Shown: one piece after another, positions 53,374-64,000 of the stretch
Numbering within the stretch: position 1 is the stretch's first letter
Layout: each line of letters starts with the position of its first letter
Assembly (NCBI GenBank): GCA_035221665.1
Contig: CM069165.1
Coordinates: forward strand, 18,352,001-18,416,000
From: Okamejei kenojei
Taxonomy: Eukaryota
Reading direction: 5' to 3'
Length of the DNA stretch: 64,000 nt
Notes under the pieces: model-generated
Seen by the model: the letters and a program-made list of their open reading frames with translations, nothing else
Told to the model about the DNA's origin: nothing
Database searches by the model: none
Translations under genes and position numbers: made by a program

Positions 53374-53584
53374 CATAAAATGCTGGAGGAACTCAGCAGG
53401 TTCGGGTGCATCGGTGGAGAGAATGAACAGACAATGTTTCAGGTAGTGACCCCACCTCAGATTGAACTTTAAATCTGAAGATGGATCTCGATGCAAAACA
53501 TCGTCTATCCGTTCCCTCCACAGATGCTGCCTGACCCACTGAGCATCTCCACCCCTTTCGTTTTTTTCATAAGATTTCAGCATC
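53374..53584. mobile_element. Older fold-back pair of Penelope-derived tails
   Basis: tgctggaggaactcagcagg...cagat mirrored by atctgaaga...cagatgctgcctgacccactgag. Confidence 0.7.
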
Positions 53585-54240
53585 CAGTTTATTGAGTAGC
53601 CCTCTGCCATGCTGTCTGTGCAATGCATTGGTTTCCAGGCAATGGAAATAATTTTTGAAAATAAAAAACTTCAGATACAGGAAATCTGAAGCAAAAACAG
53701 AAACGGTCCATTTCTGATTTTATTGAAAATAGCTTGGGTTTTATGCATTGTCTTTCCATTTTTTAAACTGCCTTCACAATGCCTCCTGTAAAAAACATTT
53801 GGTGTCAAGGCATCTTTCCTTTCCATTTACCACAAACATCTAAAGCTCTGTTTGTTTTATCAATGAGTTTCTAATTAGGCTCTCATATCCACTGCTTCTG
53901 TAACCACTGACTGTTGTTTGATTGCCCACTTAGAATATCACAGGCCATTTATGTTTGTGACCAATACTTTCAGAGTTTCTATGGTGCAGGTGGTGTTGTA
54001 CCTACATTTGGGGGTCTCCAGTACTGTGCTAGTATTTGCTGTGAAAGTCAATGACAGAAAATTGTTAGTTATATCAGAATTTGTATTTTTTATATTTAAC
54101 TTTCATCCCTAGGATTATTGTGACATTACCAATGGCTGTTTGGGAACAAATTATTTTCAGATATTTAGAATGTAATGGATTATATATCTCCCTTAAATAG
54201 AAGGCTTATCAACCATTTATTGACCCTTGCGTTACTTTGA

Positions 54241-54500
54241 AGGGCCAGTCCCACTTATGCAACCTTTTCGGCGACTGCTGGCACCCGTCATAGGTCCCGA
54301 AACTTTTCAACATGTTGAAAATTTAGCGGCAACCAGAAAGTAGCTATGACTCTTTGGGTGACTCGGAGACCTCTCTGAACCATACAAGCGACCCCTGGTG
54401 ACATGTCACGGGTGTCGCGGGGTGTCACCAGGGGGTCGCCTGTATGGTCGTGACGGGTGCCGGCATTCACCGAAAAGGTTGCCTAAGTGGGACAGGCCCT
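54241..54500. mobile_element. 260-bp PIF/Harbinger MITE
   Basis: ~49-bp imperfect TIRs starting AGGGCC(A/T)GTCCCACTTA; flanks TGA and TAA (TWA-type TSD with one mismatch); internal perfect palindrome TTTTCAACATGTTGAAAA at 54304-54321. Confidence 0.87.
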
Positions 54501-55854
54501 TAACTAATTTGACAAGTATATAACATAATCCAAATAACCATATTTAGAAACAAGGAACTGCAGATGCTGGTTTTGAAAAAAATACTCAGTGCTGGACATT
54601 TTTCAGCTGATTCACATTTTCCACACAGAGATTTGCTAAAACATAACTTTGCACTCTCTTCTGACGCAGTTTCCAATTCTACATCTTCTAAACTTCCAAG
54701 ACATAATTGGTCACATTTGACAACGTGAAAATGATTTGCAATTCAAGTTTGATTTGCAAGTTTATTAAAATCACATTTCCATCGTACCTGTTATGAAATC
54801 ATGTAGCTTAATCATGTATAAAATTCAGACCTAACGTTGTTTACAATGACATGCAGTGATTTATATAATAGGATTTGTCCCTGTTACACGGTACAAATTT
54901 GGTACAATTGCCACAGTATTTTAGCATTGTCATTCCCTTTTTCAAAACTGCCTAATCATTGTAGTTGAGACAAATTATATGATTTTTACCCTTAGAACAA
55001 AACTTTGGTAGACATTATTCTCAAATAATATTACTCCTAAGCTGACATCAACTTTAACTTTTTCACTGAATGATTACATTAATTGAACCGATAAGAGCAT
55101 AGACATTTTTTTTAATAACTCATCTTCCAGCTTTAAGGAGTCTTATGCCATAAATCTTTATTCAACAAACCTTTGGTGTGAGTAGATGAAGATGCAACCA
55201 TCTTCCCATACCGTAGCTGAGTCATTGCTTTCTCAAACATGCCACCTCCCTATTGACTCAGACCAGCTCACCTATAAACAGTGCCTAAGATATTAAATAC
55301 TAATGACATATTTTCTTCCATGAACGATCTGAAATTCTAAACAGTAAGGTTAAGTAAAATGTTAAAATCCTTTGAAGGAAGAATGCATGTCTCATATAAG
55401 TTGATTAACAATACCGCAATAGATGATAGCCTGGCATGATGTAAGACATTTATAAAGCGTAATTATTAGTATACAGATTAATTTGATTTAGGGATCACTT
55501 GTTTTTCATTGAAGCATATACAGTTATTGAGAGTAACAAGCGGCACACATAGGAAAGGTTATGCAAAAACATGATTTTTGAGTCTTTGGTGAGTTTTTAT
55601 TTATGATAAACATCTAGTACTAATTTAAAATTGAGCAGTGCCTAAGATACATGATAATGTGAGGGTGCTTTTAAATCATCTACTTAAATCAGTAATATGT
55701 CATTATAATGTTAAACTAGCATTGAAGTTTATTCCCCAATCTAAAGGTCCAAAGAACATGCAATCTTCTTTTGTGTAAAGATCTGCAATACTGAAACTGA
55801 TGTATGCTGATTCTAACAGTTGGTACAAAACATTCAGGTTCTAACCTTGGTAGA

Positions 55855-56880
55855 TAGACACAAAAAGGTGGAGTAACTCAGCGGGACAGGCAGCATCTCT
55901 GGAGAGAAGGAATGGGTGATGTTTCGGGTCGAGACCCTTCTTCAGACTGGTTAGGGGTAAGGGAAACGAGAGATATAGACGGTGATGTGAAGAGATTAAG
56001 AAGAATGAAAGATATGCAAAAATGTAACGATGATAAAGGAAACAGGCTGTTTGTAGTGTGAAAATGAGAAGCTGGTGCGACTTGGGTAAGGAAGGGATAT
56101 AAAAGTCCACATCTTGAACAATGGATACAGTAAATAAGGTTGGAGTAGGTGCAAGTGAATCTCTGCCTAACCTGAAAGGACTGTCAGGGTCCCTGGACAG
56201 AATTGAGGGAATCTTCTGCAGGGGAAGGTACCTGGGGAGGGGGTGGTTTGGGTGGGAAGGGATAAGTTAACCACGGAATTGCAGAGGGAACAGTCTCTGG
56301 GGAAGGCGGAAAGGGGTGGAGATGGGAAAATGTGGCTAGTGGTGGGATCCAGTTGAAGCTAGCAGAAATTTCAGAGGATTATGTGTTGTATTTGATGGCT
56401 GATGGGGTGGAAGGTAAGGACTAGGGGGACTCTGTCTCTATTGCGACTAGGGGAAGGGGAAGCAAGGATGGCGCTGCGGGTACGGAGGAGACACGAGTGA
56501 GGGCATCATCTATGATGGGAGAGGGGAACCCCCGATCCCTAAAGAATGAGGACATGTCGGATGTTCTAGTATGGAACACCTCATCTTAGGCACAGATGCA
56601 GTGTAGATAGAGAAATTGGGAGTAGGGGATAGAGTATTTGCAGGAAGTAGGGTGGGAAGAAGTGTAGTCGAGATAGTTGTGGGAGTCAGTGGGTTTATAA
56701 TAGATGTTAGTCAATAGTCTATTTCTTGTGATGGAGACTGTGAGATCGAGGGGAGGGAGGTGTCGGAGATGGTCAAAGTAAATTTGAGTACAGGATGAAA
56801 ATTGTTGGTGAAGTAGATAAAAGTCCATGAGTTCTGCATGGGTGCAGCAGGTGGCTCCGATGCAGTGATCAATGTAACGG
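55855..56880 (-). mobile_element. Penelope-like element (RT C-terminal region and tail), internally deleted
   Basis: Minus ORF LDLTVSI...IYYKPTDSHNYLDYTSSHP.SCK.SIPYSQFL; tail with mutated hammerhead core at 55919-55946. Confidence 0.88.
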
Positions 56881-57976
56881 AGATAGGTAGTCTTTTAAAC
56901 CATGACCTGCATTGGCGTAGCTAGAATTTACTATGGTATCAAACAATTCATTGTTTTACACAAAGTAACAATTATTGTTGCTAATCTAAAGGATATTCAT
57001 TTAGATGCAGTTTACAACAATGGATTTAGATCTAACGGTAGACACTAATACCTATACCTCGTCCAACGAAACTATATTCCAGTTATCATTTCACTGGAAA
57101 ACAAATTCGTACTGAACAAAGACAGACAGCTGATAATAAATGGGTTGCATAAATTGTAATACAAATTTACAATGCTTTCTGCATCTTTTGAGAAATTAGC
57201 CCAAGCAAGCAAGGGTTTAGATACCTTTCAAAAACAGATATGCAACCAACTGCATTTGTTTCACCCCAAGTTTTGTGAACTCAACAATTCTCGCTATGAG
57301 TGTAACCATTTACTGCAGCAATCATGACATATCCATCAGTGCCTTGAGAATGTAATGCTGCTACATGGCTATTGAACTCTGATAGTAGATTTGTGTATGT
57401 ACAGTGAAGCACCAAAATCCTGACAGGAAAAGGATTTGCAACACTCTGTTTATAGCTCGTCCATCTGCCTTCCAGCAGCCCACAAATGTGATAGTAAATG
57501 ATTTCACTAACAGTAACTATTATTCTGTTCACAAAACTTGCGAAGAAATCAGTGCCATGTCAGTGGCATGTCATTCTTTTGTTGGTTATAATAGCGTACA
57601 CACCTCCATCTTCAACAATACATCTTGTTTTGAAAAGTTTAGAGTTCACTTCTCACATTATAGTTTTTTGACAAATTTTTAAGAAATGGATCTGTTAACA
57701 CTTGGTACAGAAACTCAATACTCAAAATTCCCAAAACTTAGTTTTCCATTCCTTGTAATGTGGAACATAATCTAGCAAACAATTACTGGAATATGTCACA
57801 GATTATCACAAATACATCAAAATATCTCAAATGAAAATTAATTAATCAATCTGGAAATTATAATTTCCAAATTATTTTTTGCATTTTTTATATCCTCATT
57901 CTTCAGTGGTTTCAAGGTGCATCAACACTTCTAACAAATAACGCTCTCAGGTCTCTATTTTTCCAGCTCATAGTCG

Positions 57977-58461
57977 AGAGGCCCACAGGAGCCGTTGGAG
58001 GAAGAGGAGGAGGGGTAGGAGCGACACCCGACCGGTAAGGTTTAAAATCAAGCGCGGGCTTGTTTTTTTTTTTTCAGAGGCCCACAGGAGCCGTTGGAGG
58101 AAGAGGAGGAGGGGGAGGAGCGACACCCAACCGTAAGGTTTAAAATCAAGCGCGGGGCTTGTTTTTTCAGAGGCCCACAGGAGCCGTTGGAGGAAGAGGA
58201 GGAGGGGGAGGAGCGACACCCGACCGGTAAGGTTTAAAATCAAGCGCGGGGCTTGTTTTTTCAGAGGCCCACAGGAGCCGTTGGAGGAAGAGGAGGGGGA
58301 GGAGCGACACCCGCGGTAAGGTTTAAAATCAAGCGCGGGGCTTGTTTTTTCAGAGGCCCACAGGAGCCGTTAGAGGAAGAGGAGGAGGGGGAGGAGCGAC
58401 ACCCGACCGGTAAGGTTTAAAGTCAAGCGCGGGGCTTGTTTTTTCAGAGGCCCACAGGAGC
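57977..58461 (+). repeat. Tandem array of ~94-bp GC-rich monomers forming the CR1 5' UTR
   Basis: Units start agaggcccacaggagc at 57977, 58076, 58169, 58263, 58352 and a partial unit at 58446. Confidence 0.95.
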
Positions 58462-58516
58462 TTGCCGAAATCCATAACATTCCATTTGGAGAAGTGGGGT
58501 TTTTTTTGAGGAAGCC

Positions 58517-58557
58517 GCTGATTGGTGGGAAGTGGACCAGGGTAAGCGGCTGATTGG
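58517..58557 (-). promoter_or_regulatory. Two CCAAT boxes 32 bp apart in the CR1 5' UTR
   Basis: gctgattgg at 58517-58525 and 58549-58557 upstream of the ORF1 ATG; function inferred. Confidence 0.4.
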
Positions 58558-58617
58558 CAGTCAGATCCCAGCAGTTTGTTGTGTACTTTATATTGTATCC
58601 TGTGTAAGGGGGGCAGT

Positions 58618-59552
58618 ATGAAGGCCAGGGCAGTGTACTGTTCTGGATGTCAGATATGGGAGGTCAGGGAATCTGATAGCCCTCCAGACATCCACATCTG
58701 CGCCAGGTGTGTTGAGATGGGGCTCCTAAAGGACTGTGTTAGGAACCTGGAGCAGCAGCTCGATGACCTCCGTCTGGTCAGGGAGAGTGAGGAGGTCATA
58801 GAGAGGAGCTACAGGGAGGTAGTCACTCCCAAACCACAGGAGGCAGACAAGTGGGTCACAGTTAGGAAGGGCAAGGGGCAGAGGCAGGGGCTAGAGAGTA
58901 CCCCTGTGACCGTACACCTGGAAAATAGGTACTCGGGTTTGAGTACGATTGAAGGGGACAGCCTAGCTGGGGGCAGCAACAGCGGCCGGGCCTCCGGCAC
59001 AGAGACCGGCCCTGATGCTCAGAAGGGTAACAAAAAGAGGAGGGCAATTGTAATAGGGGACTCTATAGTTAGGGGGTTGGATAGGCGATTCTGTGGACGC
59101 AGTCGGGAGACCCGGATGGTAGTTTGCCTCCCTGGTGCCAGGGTCCTCGCATGTGTCAGAACGTGTCCAAAAGATTCTGATAAGGGAGGGAGAGGAGCCT
59201 GATGTTTGTGGTACACATAGGTACCAATGACATAGGCAGAAAAAGTGACGAGGTCCTGAAGGGAGAATTTAGGGAGTTGGGGGGAAAGTTAAGGAGAAGG
59301 ACCAAAAGGGTAAACAATTTCAGGATTACTGCCTGTGCCGCGTGACAGTGATAGTAGGAATGAAATGAGGTGGAGGATAAATGCGTGGCTGAGGGACTGG
59401 TGCAGTGGGCAGGGATTCAAGTTTCTTGATCACTGGGACCTCTTTTGGGGAAGGCATGATCTGTACACAAAGGACGGGTTGCACTTGAGCCGAGGGGGAC
59501 CAATATTCTGGCAGGGAGATTTGCAAAGGCTACAGGGGAGACTTTAAACTAG
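58618..59552 (+). pseudogene. CR1 ORF1 (zinc finger/leucine zipper plus SGNH-type esterase), frameshifted
   Basis: CSGC...HICARC then a heptad-rich helix; IVIGDSIVRG, VVHIGTND and DGLHL esterase blocks in different frames. Confidence 0.88.
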
Positions 59553-59689
59553 AAAGGCTGGGGGGAGGGACTCGGGTAGAGGGGGCTAGGGGTCAGGGTG
59601 TGGGGCAAGAGGCAGAGAAGGGAAGCACTCGGATCCAAAATGTAGGCGAGAAAGATGAAAAAGATAATAGACAGAGAATAAGGGATGGT

Positions 59690-62513
59690 GGGTTTCTAAA
59701 ATGTGTATATTTTAATGCTAGGAGCATTGTAAGTAAGGTGGACGAACTTAGAGCCTGGATTGACACCTGGAAATATGATGTTGTGGCAATCAGTGAAACA
59801 TGGTTGCAGGAGGGCTGTGATTGGAAACTAAATATTCCAGGATTTTGTTGCTTCAGGTGTGATAGAATTGGAGGGACCAGAGGGGGGGGGGGGGTGTTGC
59901 ATTGCTTGTCAGAGAAGATATTACAGCAGTGCTTTGGCAGGATAGATTAGAGGGCTCGTCTAGGGAGGCTATTTGGGTGGAACTGAGAAGTGGGAACGGT
60001 GTAGCAACACTTTTAGGGGTGTATTATAGACCGCCAAATGGGGAGCGTGAATTGGAAGAGCAAATATGTAAGGAGATAGCAGATATTAGTAGTAAGCACA
60101 AGGTAGTGATTGTGGGAGATTTCAATTTTCCAAAAATAGACTGGGAAACACATTCTGTAAATGGGCTGGATGGTTTGGAGTTTGTAAAATGTGTGCAGGA
60201 TAGTTTTTTGCAGCAGTACATAGAGGTATTGACCAGAGAAGGGGCAGCGCTGGACCTCCTGTTAGGAAATGAGGCAGGTCAGGTGACGGAGGTATACGTT
60301 GGTGAGCACTTCGGGACCAGTGATCACAATACCATTAGTTTCAATATAATTATGGAGAGAGTCAGAACTGGACCTAGGGTGGAGATTTTTGATTGGAGAA
60401 AGGCTAACTTTGAGGGAATGCGTAAGGATTTTAAAGGAGTGAATTGGGACACTTTGTTTCATGGGAAGGATGTAGAAGAGAAATGGAGGACATTTAAAGG
60501 GAAATTGTAAGAGTACAGAATCTTTATGTCCCTGTTAGGTTGAAAGGAAATAGTAAAAATTGGGAAAGAGCCATGGTTTCAAGGGAAATTGGACACTTGT
60601 TTCGAAAAAAAGAGAGATATCTACAATAATTATAGGAGGCATGGAGTAAATGAGGTGCTAGAGGAGTATAAAGAATGTAAAAGAATCTTAAGAAAGAAAA
60701 TTAGGAAGGCTAAAAGAAGATATGAGGTTGCTTTGGCAAGAAAGGTGAAAGTAAACCCAAAGGGTTTCTTCGGCTATATTAATAGCAAAAGGATAACGAG
60801 GGATAAAAATTGGACCATTAGAGAACCAGAATGGACAGCTATCTGCAGAGCCAAAAGAGATGGGGGAGATATTGAACAATTTATTTCTTCGGTATTCACC
60901 AAGGAGAAGGATATTGAACTCTGTGAGTTAAGGGAAAAAAGTAGAGTAGCTATGGAAACTATGAGATTCAAAGAGGAGGAAGTACTACACTTTTGAAAAA
61001 TATAAAAGTGGATAAGTCTCCAGGTCCTGACAGGATATTCCCCTAGGACATTGAGGGAAGTTAGTGTAGAAATAGCAGGAGCTATGACAGAAATATTTCA
61101 AATGTCATTAGAAACGGGAATAGTGCCGGAGGATTGGCGTACTGCACATGTTGTTCCATTGTTTAAAAAGGGTTCAAAGAATAAACCTAGCAATTATAGA
61201 CCTATTAGTTTGACGTCAGTGGTGGGCAAATTAATGGAAAGGATACTTAGAGATAATATATATAAGCATCTGGATAAACAGGGTCTGATCAGGAACAGTC
61301 AACATGGATTTGTGCCTGGAAGGTCATGTTTGACAAACCTTCTTGAATTTTTTGAAGCGGTAACTAGGGAAATTGATGAGGGTAAAGCAGTGGATGTTGT
61401 CTATATGGATTTCAGTAAGGCCTTTGACAAGGTTCCCCATGGAAGGTTGGTTAAGAAGGTTCAATCTTTGGGTGTTAATGGCGGAGTAGTAGCAAGATGG
61501 ATTCAACAGTGGCTGAATGGGAGATGTCAGAGAGTAATGGTGGATGGCTGTTTGTCAGGTTGGAAGCCGGTGACCAGTGGGGTGCCTCAGGGATCTGTGT
61601 TGGGTCCACTGTTGTTTGTCATGTACATCAATGATCTGGATGATGGGGGTGGAAAATTGGATAAGTAAGTATGCAGATGATACTAAGATAGGTGGTGTTG
61701 TGGATAATGAAGTACATTTTCAAAGTCTACAGAGAGATTTGGGCCATTTGGAAAAGTGGGCTGAAAGATGGCAGATGGAGTTTAATGCTGATAAGTGTGA
61801 AGTGCTACATCTTGGCAGGACAAATCAAAATAGGACGTACATGGTAAATGGTAGGGAATTGAGGAATGCTGTGGAACAGAGGGATCTAGGAATAACTGTG
61901 CATAGTTTCCTGAAGGTGGAATCGCATGTAGATAGGGTGGTAAAGAAAGCCTTTGGTGTGCTGGCCTTTATAAATCAGAGCATTGAATATAGGAGTAGGG
62001 AAGTAATGTTTAAAATTGTACAAGGCATTGGTAAGACCAATTCTGGAGTATGGTGTACAATTTTGGTCGCCTAGTTATAGGAAGGATGTCAACAAAATAG
62101 AGAGAGTACAGAGGAGATTTACTAGAATGTTGCCAGGGTTCCAGCAACTATGTTACAGAGAAAGGTTGAACAAGTTAGGTCTTTATCCTTTGGAGCGCAG
62201 AAGGTTAAGGGGGGACTTGATTGAGGTCTTTAAAATGATGAAAGGGATAGACAGAGTTGACGTGGATACGTTTTTCCCATTGAGGGTAGGGAAGATTCAA
62301 ACAAGAGGGCATGACATGAGAATTAAGGGACAGAGGTTTCGTGGTAATGTGAGGGGGAACTTATTTACTCAGAGGGTGGTGGCTGTGTGGAATGAGCTTC
62401 CAGCAGAAGTGGTGGAGGCAGGATCGATTTTAACATTTAAGAGTAAAGTGGATAGGTATATGGACGTGAAGGGAATGGAGGGGTATGGTCTGAGTGCAGG
62501 TAGATGGGACTAG
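59690..62513 (+). pseudogene. CR1 ORF2 (APE endonuclease plus reverse transcriptase), frameshifted
   Basis: NARSI, ISETW, YYRPP, VGDFN, SDHN; [34 protein letters not shown] at 61670. Confidence 0.93.
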
Positions 62514-64000
62514 GGGAAAACAAATGGTCGGCACGGACTGGAAGGGCCGAGAGGGCCTGTTTCCGTGCTGTAATTGTTATATGGTTTTGTTATATGGTTA
62601 AATTCTTTGCCTCCTCCTTAATGGAGGAGTGCCTCTTTAACTGTGGCAGTTTTAGGATTAGGATTGCAATTGCGTTTCTGGGATCACAGAAGTCACATCA
62701 AGTAAAATAAGTGGACATGAAAAGTGAAGCACATGAGAATTCTCTACAGCACTTGAGCCAAACAACAATCTAAATCACCCGGAAGTTCTGAAGCAATAAC
62801 AACCTATACCATTCTCACTTTTAATAACACAGAACATTTATATTGCAAAAGGAATTAGGATAAGGAGCAAAACATCTTCCTGTTCACTTGGTGGGGGAAA
62901 GTTGAATAAGAGAATGAGAACTGAGAAGGTAAAATTCAGAAGGATGGTAATGAGGAAAGCAAAAAAAAGTTTAAAATAAGAATCTATGTTTATGTGCACA
63001 TTGAAAGCTGTGCCATGCTCCTTGCATACTTCAGTTCCGCAAGAAGCTCCTGTTAAATACTCCTCATACATACACACAATTATTATAAAAAGTTGGAACT
63101 ATAATTCCATTTGACAGTATAGAAATCAGATTTTAAACTCTCAGCAAAAGCACATAGGCCAAAAAGGTGCAAAACTGATTACATTTGATTGATGCATGGA
63201 AGATTAGCATTATAATAATTTAGATAAATAAATGATCAACTAAAACACATACATTTTGAAATCATCAAATACACACAACCAATTAAGCGAGAAAAGCTGC
63301 TAGTTATCAGCTGCCATAGTGGATTAAGGATTGAGAAATGTATGAAAACAATGCTAATATCTACATCTTTCTTCACAATCATTTCTGACAGCTATATTTG
63401 AGCTGATTAACAGGCTTATTTTAGATGAACAAGGACTATTGATCCAACCTGGATTGTGGTGCTCCAAACACAGTCATTACAAATATCCATGATTAAGCCC
63501 TGATAATATCTTAAACAATTCTTCTCATTTTATGTCTTTCAACTCAAGGTCATGGTCAATCTGCTCTGCTCTGCCAAAGTCTCAACAAATCTATTCCACT
63601 CCAAATAACACATTTAAAATATATATATTTCTTCAATTAGATTAATCTTCCCCTTGTCAAATGTGTCTTTGGTTTGCATATTGTCAATAATATTCGCAAA
63701 ACTCAAAAAGATTATGAAGAAAATCTCCAAAAGTAATTAATTATTTTTTTCTTTTGATGGCATGTTGATCAATTCCGAATACGATGACATGTAATATTTT
63801 TACAAAATGTAAGACTATCCTTTATTAATCTGATTTGGCAGCCAACACGTAATAATGTTAAAGTTGAACAGCATGTAAACTTCTTATCGAGTCCACACAC
63901 AAGTTTAGAAGTTGTTCAGGCAGAGCTGAACACACTTCTCGGCATCTGCATACAATGGTGTCTGTCTTGCGCTTCTTGTCTTTAACTTAGAAAATGTTAT

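Larger units (their letters stand above)
57977..62600 (+). mobile_element. Near full-length CR1 LINE (5' tandem array, ORF1, ORF2, 3' tail)
   Basis: Colinear ORF1 and APE-RT ORF2 broken by several frameshifts; (TTGTTATATGG)n tail at ~62574-62600. Confidence 0.95.

Noticed and set aside
57968-58243. 91-aa hydrophobic repetitive ORF on the minus strand
   Set aside because: Antisense translation of the tandem array.
57977-58461. CRISPR-like array
   Set aside because: Units are wholly repeated with no unique spacers, there are no cas genes, and the context is a eukaryotic LINE 5' UTR.

Overview
AT-rich, repeat-dense vertebrate genomic DNA. The repeat inventory (HE1-type V-SINEs with CR1/HER1 tails, DeuSINE relics, many CR1 and Penelope-like copies) points to a cartilaginous fish, probably a skate or ray (inference). 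The only convincing host coding sequence is one 208-nt minus-strand exon (17864-18071) resembling CCSER2, so the window is mostly intron of a large gene. Nearly all listed ORFs are transposon fragments or chance frames. Elements with visible boundaries: a near full-length CR1 LINE (57977-62600) with a ~94-bp tandem 5' array, a 5'-truncated L1, an internally deleted Gypsy (4-bp TSD, tRNA-Trp PBS), two complementary Tc1 DD34E relics, PIF/Harbinger MITEs, a hAT MITE with tandem NRF1 motifs and a perfect hairpin, Rex1 and HERO-like fragments, and Penelope-derived copies carrying minimal hammerhead-ribozyme cores, often as fold-back pairs. I found no evidence of a novel multi-gene system. The best leads are element-level: ribozyme-bearing fold-back repeats, the splice-signal modules of the CR1 5' array, the motif-rich hAT MITE and a candidate alternative first exon. 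Family assignments are from recalled motifs, not database searches, and boundaries of decayed repeats are approximate.
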